Shown here: positions 43,129-57,282 of the stretch, one piece after another | Numbering within the stretch: the stretch's first letter is position 1 | How the letters are laid out: every line of letters starts with the position of its first letter | NCBI RefSeq assembly: GCF_964355755.1 | Contig: NC_092671.1 | Coordinates: forward strand, 1,302,001-1,366,000 | Length of the DNA stretch: 64,000 nucleotides | Direction of reading: 5' to 3' | From: Antedon mediterranea | Lineage: Eukaryota; Animalia; Echinodermata | Position numbers and translations under genes: made by a program | Notes under the pieces: model-generated | Database searches by the model: none | What the model was told of the DNA's origin: nothing | What the model saw: the letters and a program-made list of their open reading frames with translations, nothing else

Positions 43129-43690
43129 CTATAAGATAGAAAAAAAATGAAACACTCAATACAATGAATAAATTCAGTGCTAATCTTTCTGAATCTGAAA
43201 TTTATCAAAATCAATTATAGTTTCTAAAATATTTCATTTGGATTTTAAAAATATCATTTTGAAACAACATTTACATAAATTTAACAAACTCTAACAGATC
43301 ACTGTGGGACATGCATTTTGAGTAGAAATCAGCAATAAATACAACAATGAAACTATTTCATTTGAAATAAAAAAATTATAATTTTAAAATAGCATTTACA
43401 TAAATTCCTAAACAAGTGCAGTAGAGTAAATACAGATTATTCTAAATTCCTGACTTTGTTTGCATTCCAAAGTTTCCGAGTCAGTGTACACATTTAAATG
43501 ATTTACTTCCAACTTCCATTAACTGTAGACTACTTTAAGCAACTTTGCCATTCAACTCAACTCAATTTATAATTTCACAGGATATAAGATCTTTAATGGG
43601 CACATTACGAAAAATCCAATCTGAATTTTTATTTCCTAGTTTACTATTGGAACATAACAAAAATAATGAGTTGTTTACCACTCTTGCTAG

Positions 43691-44894
43691 TGAATATGCT
43701 CAACCTAGTATTGTAGGCACAGCATTGTACTGTATGAATATGCTCAACCTAGTATTGTAGGCACAGCATTGTACTGTATGAATATGCTCAACCTAGTATT
43801 GTAGGCGCAGCATTGTACTGTATGAATATGCTCAACCTAGTATTGTAGGCGCAGCATTGTACTGTATGAATATGCTCAACCTAGTATTGTAGGCGCAGCA
43901 TTGTACTGTATGAATATGCTCAACCTAGTATTGTAGGCACAGCATTGTACTGTATGAAATAGTAAAGTGCTCAACCTAGTATTGTAGGCACAGCATTGTA
44001 CTGTATGAAATAGTAAAGTGCTCAACCTAGTATTGTAGGCACAGCATTGTACTGTATGAAATAGTAAAGTGCTCAACCTAGTATTGTAGGCACAGCATTG
44101 TACTGTATGAAATAGTAAAGTGCTCAACCTAGTATTGTAGGCACAGCATTGTACTGTATGAATATGCTCAACCTAGTATTGTAGGCACAGCATTGTACTG
44201 TATGAATATGCTCAACCTAGTATTGTAGGCGCAGCATTGTACTGTATGAATATGCTCAACCTAGTATTGTAGGCGCAGCATTGTACTGTATGAATATGCT
44301 CAACCTAGTATTGTAGGCGCAGCATTGTACTGTATGAATATGCTCAACCTAGTATTGTAGGCACAGCATTGTACTGTATGAAATAGTAAAGTGCTCAACC
44401 TAGTATTGTAGGCACAGCATTGTACTGTATGAAATAGTAAAGTGCTCAACCTAGTATTGTAGGCACAGCATTGTACTGTATGAAATAGTAAAGTGCTCAA
44501 CCTAGTATTGTAGGCACAGCATTGTACTGTATGAAATAGTAAAGTGCTCAACCTAGTATTGTAGGCACAGCATTGTACTGTATGAAATAGTAAAGTGCTC
44601 AACCTAGTATTGTAGGCACAGCATTGTACTGTATGAAATAGTAAAGTGCTCAACCTAGTATTGTAGGCACAGCATTGTACTGTATGAAATAGTAAAGTGC
44701 TCAACCTAGTATTGTAGGCACAGCATTGTACTGTATGAAATAGTAAAGTGCTCAACCTAGTATTGTAGGCACAGCATTGTACTGTATGAAATAGTAAAGT
44801 GCTCAACCTAGTATTGTAGGCACAGCATTGTACTGTATGAAATAGTAAAGTGCTCAACCTAGTATTGTAGGCACAGCATTGTACTGTATGAAAT
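43691..44894. repeat. Minisatellite with 44-bp and 51-bp unit variants, about 25 units
   Basis: Core GCTCAACCTAGTATTGTAGGC(A/G)CAGCATTGTACTGTATGA followed by ATAT (44 bp) or AATAGTAAAGT (51 bp). Confidence 0.97.
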
Positions 44895-47800
44895 ATAGAA
44901 AGTAAAGAATTGAAAGATACTGAAAAAACCCTTTTGTAAAACATGGCCGACTTTATTCTTATCATAATTTTCAATATACAGTAGAATAACGTTCCGAGGG
45001 TATTGCTAAACACCCAAACCATGCATTATTTTGGGGATAAAAAAAACATTTTTTAAACTAACATAGCAAGTGAGTTGTACACTACAAGATTCAATCACTT
45101 TTATGCTGGTTCAATAAGGTTTGCTATGTTTTTTGGAGGATTGAAGGGGTTTAGAAATATTATTGCTATATTAGTGTACTACAGTAAATACTGTACCAAA
45201 TAAGGACAGATTGATCGGTCAAGATTCTGAACTATCTATAGCTCTGACAATTTATAGACATTTACTGTATCTACTGTTGATGATATGTCAATTGGCACAT
45301 GTACAAATGTACATGGCAATATAGAGGTTGCTCTTTGCTTTGATAGATCGGCAAAAAAATCAGTGGTTTTATGTCAATTCTATAATGGTATAATATTTTT
45401 AATTATTCAAACTGAAAAATCTAGGAAATGTCAAATTACAAGCACAAGAGTGTACATTCATCATTAAATCAAAATGTGTGAGATATGTTTCTAATATTCA
45501 AAATGATGTAAAAAGGCATGTAAGTCAGTAATAATCTATTGTTGATTTAGAATATACCGGATCGATCAAAGCAATTAAAATTAGCGTGAACTTAGGTCAA
45601 GCATGTAATTATAAACACCTTGTCACTTATTTCATCAGGTGAGAATGAGCAGTAAAAGTCATTCTGCGTGACGACGACGAAGTCATGATTTCTCATTAAC
45701 AATCTTTATTATTCTCTAATATCAGTTTTGTGACAAACTTCGCAGTGGCAATATGAAGATTTGAAGTTTTACATGGCACAATACCAAGGTCTTAGGTTCG
45801 AGTCTGAGCTCTGTCTCATAGTAACTCTACCACATTAAATATTTAATTGTGCCATCTAATAATATTAAGTGGTATAAAACAAAACATTTCATTCATCTAC
45901 TATTTCAATACTATACTTTTTATAACTGTTCTACATTTTTTCAGTTAAGATTTAATACTTTCCGGAAGAAAACTTTGGAAAAAATTGGACATTCTACAGT
46001 AGGCCAGCCAAAGAGTGTATAGTTTTGGGATAGTTGCAAAAGGATACTAATGAAACCCACTGAATTATTATTATTAATGTCTGACAACTTTGATCAACAT
46101 GAAGTGTTTGTACAAAGTCTCTTTACTGTTGGTTACCATGTGGTTAAAACATTTCTTACAATACATTATCATAATGAGCAAATAGAACTTCAGACACATC
46201 AACGCGAGGAGAAATGTCAATTCAAACTTCAATAAATAGTGCTCAAATCTAACATTGTCAGAATAAAGTTAGGAAATAAATTTCTCTCGCCATTTCAAGA
46301 TAAAGTTTTTCCAGGAAATGCTTACCAATAATTTTTTTCCTGAACCAGGCTTTCCCTTGGTATAGTCCCACTCGCCAAAGTCCGCCAAATGTTGTGTTCT
46401 AGTGAAGTGGGATTATACCAGAGGATATATGGTACAAACAGTAATTACAGAATATTCAATCCTAACACAAGGTGCGTATACCATTACTACAGTACCCTAA
46501 GTACAGTACTGTATCTTACTTTTGTACATTACTGTGTGGTTAAGTTGATTAGTGGAAAATTCGGTTTTTAGAAATTGAAGATTGTACATGTAAGTCAAGT
46601 CCACAGAATCTACAAGAGACTTGCAATAAACTCACTGGTATCAAAATAGAAAACAGCTAATCCTATGGTCATTATTGGCTCATTCACTCGCCAGAATCAA
46701 TGTTAAATTATCCTTTTTACGACACATCATTATCTATCCAACCTACATCCAGACTAGTCTCACAGGGAAACAAACAGATGTGGAAATACTCTAAACATAA
46801 AGTATTAAAAAACATGGAAACACTCGCTATATACATGTTCTTATTCATCTCGTCAAAATTCAATCAAGTTTGACTGAATCATTTATTGACTCTATCGTTA
46901 GAAGTTGAAACGTCGCCTCAATTCATAGAATCTGGGATGTTTTGTATGCAAAGACTGTTGTGTGTGTTTACTGTATATCATAGTAATATTTATAATTTTT
47001 ATTCTGATAATTTTGTGTGGTCAGTTTGTACAGTAAAGGTGAAATTTACAGTAATTTATTTAAATTAATACATTCTTCAAATTAAACTTGTAGCAACTGT
47101 GTAAATGGCCATGATAAGCAGTATGAAACAATTAATGTTATTTACAATAATGTACTGTTGAGTTTCTCGACGTTTAGGTCAATATGCTTTGATCGTCCTC
47201 AGAAGTGATGTTATTTACATTAATGTAATTAAACATTGTACTAAATATTCATATAGCACATAATGAAATTCATGTTTAATTTTCATTAGCTAGAATCAGA
47301 ATTTCTCCGGGTAAAAGTTTTTGTTGTAAAAAAATATCATTTATACAGTAACTATTTATATATTTTAATATTTAATTTTTCTTGCTAAGTTACTGTACAA
47401 TCAGTAATTTAAATATAACCATAATTGAAATTGAAATTAATAAAAAAAAACTATACAGTAATACTGCGGTCAAATATATTTTAAAGGCCACTAATGGTCA
47501 GTTTTTCTTTCACACTATGTATGATATATGACTGGTCATTTTGAATGTCCAGTGATGATTCATTACACTTGCTGTATTCACTCAGTGGTTTGCAAGCGAT
47601 AATCATATTTACATAATTATATTGCGAGGTGAATACAAATGCAATCGGTCATACGTTCAAGAATAAATGATGTCCATTTTGTAGAAGCTTAGCGGAGTTA
47701 GCTCACAGTCCAATAACCATCCAGCTATAGCATCTGTTAAATATTCCTTATCTAATTTTGTTGCATTACATATACAGTATGTTTAATAGATTTTAGTTGT

Positions 47801-50800
47801 TAAATAACAACATCTACTGTAAATACATCAAAACAGGAAATTCTCTCAAAATTTTAAATATACTGTAGATACAGTATTAATAATTACAATTTTAGTAAAA
47901 TTATGTTGGCCTGCCAGGTTTTTTCTGAAGAAAAAAAACGACATTTTGGGTTTAACCAGTTTTTGCTAGCTCTATGGTCTGTTTAAATTGTGAACACACG
48001 CTTGATTTATATAAAGTAAGTACAGTATAAATAATAAAAACACTCTTCGCAAAACTGAAAAATAAAAATACTGGTGGAAAACATACTGTATCAATGTACT
48101 CACCACTCTTTCTTTACTACAGTATTGTTGTACTGTACTCTATTCAGTATCCTTAGAAAAAACAATTCTTTAAAAACTAAACCTCAATTTCGACTTGCAT
48201 TTCTAGACTAGGTTGTACGAGTGCTAGGCCAATATTATTGATGATGATTGTGTGTGCTACATCTGCTCTATGCTAATGCAACACTAATCAACATTTTCAA
48301 TTAACTGTATAATTTCGCCTTCAGCTGGATGATTCGTAAGTTTCATGAACACATCAATTGGACGTTATTACTTCTGGGAGCATTTACTGTACTCCCTTAG
48401 ATGTCAATTGGACTGCTTTATATCAACAGGGAATTACAGTATTCTAATTCCAAATGACTATGGGTTCGCATTTACAATTTAACTCCTCTTCCTATAGTAA
48501 GTACTATTATTAGTTTTATGAATAAAAAGAAGTGGCCATCTTAAAGCTAAGTTCACACTGAACTCAGATTTTGTCCATCCGCAAGAGAAAACTCTGGGCT
48601 ACTGTATGTTACGTTTTTCAATAACACAGTACGTTTTGTATAGAATCCAGAAACATAAATTGAGAAAGTGACTGTTGGTCCTTAACCTAAAATACTTGTT
48701 CTGACACAAATGAGTAAATATTGTTCAGGAGTAAAAAAAAAAAGAACCCTGATTTAAAACAAACTACTGTAAAGACATTGAAAAACCTACCTACAATCAT
48801 TAGAATGTGCACAGTACGTATACACCACACTAAAAATAACAATAACTGAATTTATAAAATTAATTTCCCATTCATTAAAATCTCCTTAGAAAAAAACAAT
48901 AAAATGATCGATATCATTGTCTGGTGCCAGATAGAACTATTAACTCAAACACCAGAATAAAACATCACCTATTATAATAATAAATATTATAATTCTCACT
49001 GGTTATTCAAAAGTGATTTAATAAACTAAAAGTAATCAATATTTATTATTGATTTTCTATAATTATCACTACTTAGGTTTGTTAGTATCGTGGGATTTCC
49101 AATTTGTTTGTGTGAATTTTGGGACCATCCCATTTTGGGACCATCCCATTTTGGATGGGTTTGATGTGGAAAAAGATTTAGGAAGGTCTTACTACTGTAA
49201 GTACTGTATGTACTTTAGGCCTACTGTCCTAGAGGAAAAAGCTAAAAAGGTTACTCAGTGGCCCCTTTGCCATTCTGATACAAAATGTTCTTTTTGTGTA
49301 AAGCAGAAAGCTACCTTTTGCCATTCCATAATTAGTGCCCTAAAACTCTAAAAACAGAAAAGTTAACAACAAAGAAACGAATTGATCATTAAATAAGTTA
49401 TTAACAAGATTGGTGATACACAAAATTAACAAGATCAAACTGTGGACAAAATGACATTTCATTAAACCGAAAGTAAAATATAGTTGGTAGGTCTTCTGAT
49501 AACAATCTACAGTAATACACTGTATGAATACAATAACTTCTGGAATTATACAAAACACATTCCTAACAATTTCATTGTCATTATAAAATAAACCTAAACA
49601 TACAATATACACGAAAAACTACAAACCAAAACGCCCACAAGAACCAATATAGAAGAGAAGAAATTAAACTGTAAATCCACTGGACTTAATTTGTCAACCA
49701 AGTCACTGGCTACTGTAAACTTACTCATAAGAAAGTGTGCCGATTACCTAAATTTTGTTGTTCCACATTAATTACTACAAGCTCAGCAATTGTACTGGTC
49801 AGTTTAAAAAGTTTATTTGCATTGAAATACCCATAAACAAAATATACAGTACCTTTAGTATCTAGATGCAAACTGTCAAAACCATTTCAATAATTATGTT
49901 AATTATAACTAAGGTAATTAACATTCTGTAATGAGCTACCACGATTATTCTAATGCATTGGCTTAAGAAAATCCAATTTCCTTTCTTAAAAATCGGGCAC
50001 AATCATTTACTGTAACTCCTTATGCGCATCATACACCATAATAATGGACAACAAACAAGTGTGTTAAAAACTAGGACGCGTTTAACCGCTGTTAACGTAA
50101 AGCTTTTGGCGAAATGTGCAAATAACTTGACAAATTTGCTGTAAGATTCAGTAATGGTGTCTACCTTTTTAGCGTCTAATCTTCAAAGTGCTAATGCATG
50201 TTATTTACAATACATATAAAATATTATTGACTGAATTACATAGGCCTGCTGATAATTAACACAATAGAATAATAATTCTATTCATATTTTACTGTATATT
50301 ATTTTACAACAAATAGCTGATATTGACACTATCTGGTGCCATACAGTAGAGTAGTAACTGTGAATAACTTAATATAAAGAAAAGCTTCGCACTGATGATG
50401 GAAACTGCTTTCTGAAACATGTGTGGTGATCATCCATATTAAGATTAAATATTTTTTTTTTTTAAATATTTTTGAAAGGTTGAGATACAAAGCATTCAAT
50501 GAATATTCAAATATTATTTCCGAAACTGGTAAATTTAGCACTAAGATAAGAAATCCAAATTACAAATGTTTTAAACATTTAATATCGAACACTACATTAG
50601 AACAATAAAATGCTATGAATCCTTTATATTGTCTAATACCAAAATAGATTACTGTATGAATAATAATTTTACTTTTCTTTACTTTCAATATTCACCAACA
50701 CATGGTGGTCTAGAAGTAAACTTCAGGGCCAGTAATATAAAGAATATATGTTCAAATCCTAAATAATTATTAGAACTGTATCAGTACTGAGTATTCAGCA

Positions 50801-51379
50801 TGGTTCATTTCAGGTTGGCAACACATACAGTAGGCCTACTATCTTGATTAAAACTAAATATAAAGTATCTTAATAACTACATTCTACTTACAATGTTTGT
50901 TACATGAATAACCACATACCTATCTAATCCAACTCAAACAAACCAACAACTAAAAGAAACACATTCAACAAAATGATCAACACACGGTTGAAAACAACTA
51001 TTGGGCAAAATCAAACAAACATGGGCACACACAATAAAACTTTACTTAGATCAGATTGTATCATTCTGTCTGCAAATAAAAGCAAAAACTGTACATTGTA
51101 CCTACGCCTGATCACCTAAATAGAAACTATTTCTGCAGGCATTTTAGGTTACTAAAGGTAATGCAATGAATTGTAATGAGTATAGAACAGAAAACAAATA
51201 AACTTGATACAATTCTTATTTGCTATAGCACCAACAAAGATCACTAGATAATCATGATATAATTAACAACTTTACCGCTGTACTTGGAAATATTTAAGAT
51301 ACTATCTAGCCTCGCAGCATAACCTTTAATAGTATGTATAGTTAGTTGTCCCTCATTAAATTTGTTTTCATTCGTACAA

Positions 51380-51545
51380 TATATAATAATATATAATTGT
51401 AGGCATACAGTACTTCAAAATTATATATAATTGTAGACCTACTGTACTTCCAAATTAATATAATTGTAGGCCTAAATTATATCAAAATGATATATAATTG
51501 TAGGCCTACATTATATCAAAATTATATATAATTGTAGGCTACTGT
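51380..51545. repeat. Degenerate tandem repeat with TATATAATTGTAG core
   Basis: Five recurrences of ATATAATTGTAG at roughly 33-36 bp spacing. Confidence 0.7.
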
Positions 51546-53973
51546 ATTTCAACAATAATTTTTATTGCAACTTAAAAATAAATTACAGTATGAAAAATTG
51601 TTTTTCTTAATTTTATTTCGTTAATAACAAAAACAATAATTCAATATTTTAATATAACAAAATCCCATTGTTGCTACCAAAGAACAGAAGACAATTGCAA
51701 TAAAATGTTGTTACAATGCATTCCACCTTGGGCAACCTATTGTTATGAAATACAGAAGAGTTAGCCATTTTCCCAGGTCAGCCTTTATTGCGTAAAACAA
51801 AGACTACTGTTCATTGTTTACTTTTTGATTACTCATAAATATCATGGTTTGAATTTATTTACACCATCCACAAAAGACAACAAAAGAAAAGGTTACACAA
51901 TTTAAATTGGCTTTCTTAACTTATTTTTGTGACCCATTTGTTTTCTCATCACCAAATAAACTTTTAAAAAGTTTAAAAATTTACAATACAAAGTAAGGCA
52001 CATTATGATTTCAGTTTCTTGACACCAATAATAATAATAATAATAATAATATATAAGCAAGCTCTCAATGCGCTGTACATCAATTAAAATAGATGATAAG
52101 TGGCAATAATCATGCAGGACAGAGGTGACACTCAATTCCAAAAAGATTATCAAAGACGCTTTTGAATAGTTAAATTGCTCTCTATTGAATACAAAATCAA
52201 GTTTACAATACAGTAAATGTATTTGCATACTTTCTGATAATATTGTAAAATGATATTTACATTTGTTTAATAATCCAGCTGTACACTTCATAATTATCAT
52301 CCAATCTTGATAAGAATATATAATAGTAAAATGTACTACGGTAAGTAAAATGTTAAAATAAAAGCTGTGTTCACATGAACATGCATTAGCACTACCCATA
52401 TAATGGATTTAAGATGATCCTAATGTAAAATAAAGCTGTGTTCACATGGACTAATGTTAAGCATGCATTCGATCTAACCATAGAACAGATTTAAGATGAT
52501 CAGAATTATATCTGAACAGCTAACCCAATCAATCAATTAATTCCTAATACATCTGATGTAACTTTGATGTACCTTCGATATAACTCAATGACAGGTTTCA
52601 GGATGATAAATTAAATTAATAAATTAAATAAATTCTATATTATAAAAAAATAAAAGTAATTAACTATAAAGTACTTACACAAGATGATGCAAAAACACTT
52701 TTGTTAGATGTAACTTGTGATACACATCAATCACATGTGATAAACATCCAAAACATTGTTACTGATCAAATTTTAACAGCCTTTGTCTAATATTAATAAC
52801 ATGTTTGCTATAATACGCTAACAAATAAACTGTACTATCTATCTGTACTGTAGACAACTCATCAGATATCCAGGCCAAGATATGGTGACATCATTTAAAT
52901 AATCACATAGCAATCAGCCAATAGGAATTAGTCTTATATTCACTAGGTTCCAGTCAACCTGTGAATTACTGTCTCATGACAACATTAAGTAATAGTAATA
53001 ATATGAACTTGAACTTATAAACAATAACAATAATGGTATGACCCAATTGGAATTGCAAAACAATAAAATAATAAACTTGAACTTGGGAAAAAGAATAATC
53101 AATAACAAATGGCACGGTATACTGTATTAAAAATTACAACATATTAATCAACCTATACAATACGATACAAATTGTCTTTATTCAGAAATAGCTCTTTCAA
53201 CACAATAAAGTACCGTATTCACCAAATACAATCTAGAGTGAGATATTTCCCTTAAATATTAAGTATTTCACTTAACTCAATAAATATTTAGTATTAGTAT
53301 AGTAAGTATTTCCCTTAAATTGTTCACTTAGATAGGAGATTTTTCTTTTAATTTGAAGTGTTTCCCCTAGTAACTCTAAGTTTTAATAGTGAATATATTT
53401 TTTTAAATAAAATAAAAACTATGAAAGAACACTTGAGAAAAATAATTACAATGACAGAAATGGTATACATTTTATTTTTGTTTGATTAATATACTGGTAA
53501 TTTTGTCCCTGAAAATATACTGAATTTTTGCAATGCAAATTGCCTAATTAACTATAAAAATATGTTTGTAAGATTCTAAGAAAAATGTTAATGAAATAAC
53601 AAAGTTATTTACACTCCAGACAACAAGATAATTAAATAAATAACAATAAATATAAGGCAAACAGTCATTGCACTGAAACAAAGAGTGAAAGAATATCTGT
53701 TTGTTTTGTTCTGTGTTTTGAATGAAAAAGGCTAAAGTTAAATTGTTACTATAAATTCAGTTTTAAGGACAAGTTAGTGAATATTCTTTCATGGAAATGC
53801 ATTATTAATAAATTTATAATTAATTATTATTAATATTAATTCCTTTAAATTTAACTTTATAAATGGCGACTACGTACAAACTTCAGAATCAAAATCTATA
53901 ACACTGCAGGGCTAAAATGATAAAAAATAATCCAATCCTTCAACAACAAATTGTTATGCTCAAGGTTGTATAG

Positions 53974-54799
53974 TATGGAACGCCGTTTACGCAACATTTC
54001 AATGATATGAATTTTATGACGCGATATGTGAATGAAATGCATCGATAGGAATTGAATGGCGCGATATATGAATGAAATGTTTTGAATTGAATGCTTTGAA
54101 TTGAATGTTTTGAATGAAATGTTTTGAATGAAATGTTTTGAATGAAATGTTTTGAATAAATTGTTTTGAATGCAATGTTTTGAATGAAATGTTTTGAATG
54201 AAATGTTTTGAATGAAATGTTTTGAATTAAATGTTTTGAATTAAATGTTTTGAATTAAATGTTTGAATTGAATTGAAAAGTCAAACTATTGGTGGCGTAT
54301 GTCATTCTCGCTCGCGATTTTTTTCTCAACCTCTTAGGCCTAAGTGTGGGTACCCTCATCTCCTTTCCACGCTGCCTTTACAGAGAATCCTAACAGACCT
54401 GGGTTCGGAAATATGTATTCCAATGTTTCAGGTCTGTTAGGATTCTTTGTAAAGGATCCATATTGATGACAGCGTGGAAAGGAGATGAGGGTACCCAGGC
54501 TTAGGCCTAAGAGGTTAAAACAAAATCGCGAGCGGGAATGACATACGCCGCCAATAATTTGACTTTTCAATTCAATTCAAACATTTCATTCAAAACATTT
54601 CATTCAAAACATTTCATTCAAAACATTTCATTCAAAACATTTCGTTCAAAACATTTCATTCAAAACATTCAATTCAAAGCATTCAATTCAAAACATTTCA
54701 TTTATATATCGCGCCATTCAATTCATATCGATGCATTTCATTCACATATCGCGTCATAAAATTCATATCATCAAAATGTTGCGTAAACGGCGTTCCATA
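53974..54799. mobile_element. Fold-back non-autonomous DNA transposon, TAT...ATA termini with 6-bp TSD (IS3EU-like)
   Basis: The arms are reverse complements almost to the centre (loop about 54402-54428). GTATAG direct repeat on both flanks. Both arms contain a GAATGAAATGTTTT 14-mer array. Confidence 0.8.
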
Positions 54800-57282
54800 G
54801 TATAGCTTTAAATGTTCTTGTATCAAACTTTTAGACTTGTAGTTTTTTAGAAGCCTCCTCAACTAGACTTATAAAAACAAGACTTGTCATCCCATATCAA
54901 ACCTTGTCAAATGTAATTTTACTTCAGATACTTTCCAATGTGTAATGCCATTTGAGTGCAAATTACTAAAAGCATATGTGATCTTTGAGAGCATAGCATT
55001 AGTAAACTAAAACTTACTTTAATTCCAAGCCAACAAAATCGTTAAATACCGTAAATACTAAGCACATCGTTCGCTTCTTAATATTTATTTTATCCGTTTG
55101 TAGTCGGAGGTGGCTGTATAGCCATAAAGAGATGACACTACGAATTAAAGAATATGGCATTCCAATTTAACTTACCTGCTGTGTTTTTGCATCGGTTGAT
55201 TCACGCTATCGGATTGAATAACAAACCTGATCCTCGCATGCCAACTAACACAATAGTATGGCTTAATACATTGCTTTTACTACTGTACACGTAATAATTC
55301 ATAACCATCCCAATAATGTTTAATTGGTGATAATACACAGGTCTTCGTATTAAGATATTAAACGTGACTGTGAACTAGAAAGATGTACACATGCTAGTTC
55401 ACTTCACAAAATGATCAAATGCAACAACATTTGAACATATAATATGGAGAACTTAAGTCCAGCAACCAGTTCTCAGTAAGAGTATTGCTCAAATGAGCTA
55501 ATTACAATGGGTCAATGTTTACAATAAACAAACCTAATGGAGCGTGACAAAGATTATATAACACTAGTGACTTATGTTTATATCAATACAAAATATGCAT
55601 AAACTATTTAATTATATGTAAATAATCACAAATAAATAATTATATCATGGAGGAATAGTGCCTAAACAATAACTTCATGATTTATATAAATTATTGTAAT
55701 TTTTGTCCATACTACAAACATGGACCTATTAATGCTACGAATTCTTATATTCTTTATATTGGCAGGCTGAACATAAAATAATGCTGTACAGTGTATCTCT
55801 AATTTAATAATTTTTTTAAATAGCTGTGACAAAGAAATAGTGGACTACATTCTGGCTTTTTTACTTATTACTATATACTAGATCCAGCAACTGATATCCA
55901 CAGCATTGGCATTTTGTTAATGGATTTTTTAAAAATCACATTAAAATTCAGCTACAAAAAAAATCCAATAAAACAGATTAAAATAAACGAATAACTAAAT
56001 GTTATCAGAAATTAAAATATTTTTGTTACAAAATTTGCCATTTAATATCTGCTGACTCATCAATTTAGTGACAACATATAAACAGATTCAAAATTACATT
56101 TTTTAATGTCATTTATTCCAGTTGGTTTTTTCTAGCATGAGTCATCATAACATCTACCAACGTTGATAAGTGTAAATGAAATTCTGCAATTAATTCTAGA
56201 CATGAATCACAAAGAATAACACTATTGCAATACTACACGCAAGGGCCATGAAATTATTGATGTGCTTGCCGATTGGTCGGAGCACAAAATAATATTTTTA
56301 AATAACTTTGTTTTAACTTTATTTATTTTAAATATATACTGCATGTTTTATGCAACAAATGTTTATTACTATTTTCCTGTTTAAATCTCTTTTTTTCTTT
56401 CATATTATAAGTTAGAAATTATTATTTTTTTATATATTTTTTTAATTTTTTGTATACTGTTGTAAGTACTTTAGGCATAAAAACATTACCAAATATTTAT
56501 CACTTTATTACTACATTCATACCTCATGGGTATTTATTTCTTCATGGTGGTATTTCTATGTCTGACTTCCTTTAAAAAAAAGTGGAATTTTAAAGGAAAA
56601 GGCGTGTACAAAAGGATACACCAGGGAGGTATACCTCCCTGGATATACTGTAACAATGTAACCTAATTGTATTGTAAAGGTGATACTAAAAGAACCAAAC
56701 TCCACATTGTCCCCTTTAATACCCCACTCTAACAGAGTATATGGGTGGTTATTGTCCCAGAATTCAGCAGGAGTGCCAATCCCAATTTGTGAATATCAAA
56801 TTTTTCTCATATATCCATCAAGGATAGCACGTGGCATTACTCTCATCCTACGCATTTCAACGATGACATTTGGATTAGTCATTTCAGGATTGGTAATAAA
56901 TTTTAATTAAAGATCTTGTGTACTTTAAACCCTATTATGTTTACTATACAACTGCTGAAACAATGCATTTTAAATGAGAACAATTGGAGCTACAGTAGAG
57001 CGTCTATTAAGGGGACAACTGAAAGACCCAACAAAAATGTCTCCATAATAGAAGTTGGCCATAGCATTGAAAAATAAAATTACTCTTCATTCCTTTCATG
57101 GGAAAATAGTTTTACTGCAACAATTTTGAGTAGTATAGAGTATCTTCTATCTCTTATCTATTTTTCGCTTTTATTTTTTCTGCCACATATTTGGATGTAT
57201 ATATCGAGGGTCTTAATGATCAGTTCCTTTACTGCGACTGTATAGGCCACCATTATTAAAGATGTTAAATGAATAAAAATAT

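Noticed and set aside
43691-44894. CRISPR-like appearance of regularly repeated, partly palindromic units
   Set aside because: No unique spacers, no cas genes and a eukaryotic intron context. It is a minisatellite.
44300-45022. 240-aa repetitive ORF (also 43876..44127, 28335..28773, 58845..59081, 57158..57581)
   Set aside because: The open frames come from tandem units without stops. No splice or homology support.
46326-46402. GC-richer segment ending in a G|gtaagc donor, considered as a missing CH exon
   Set aside because: The phase-0 frame has an upstream stop and no ATG, and there is no resemblance to the navigator CH sequence.
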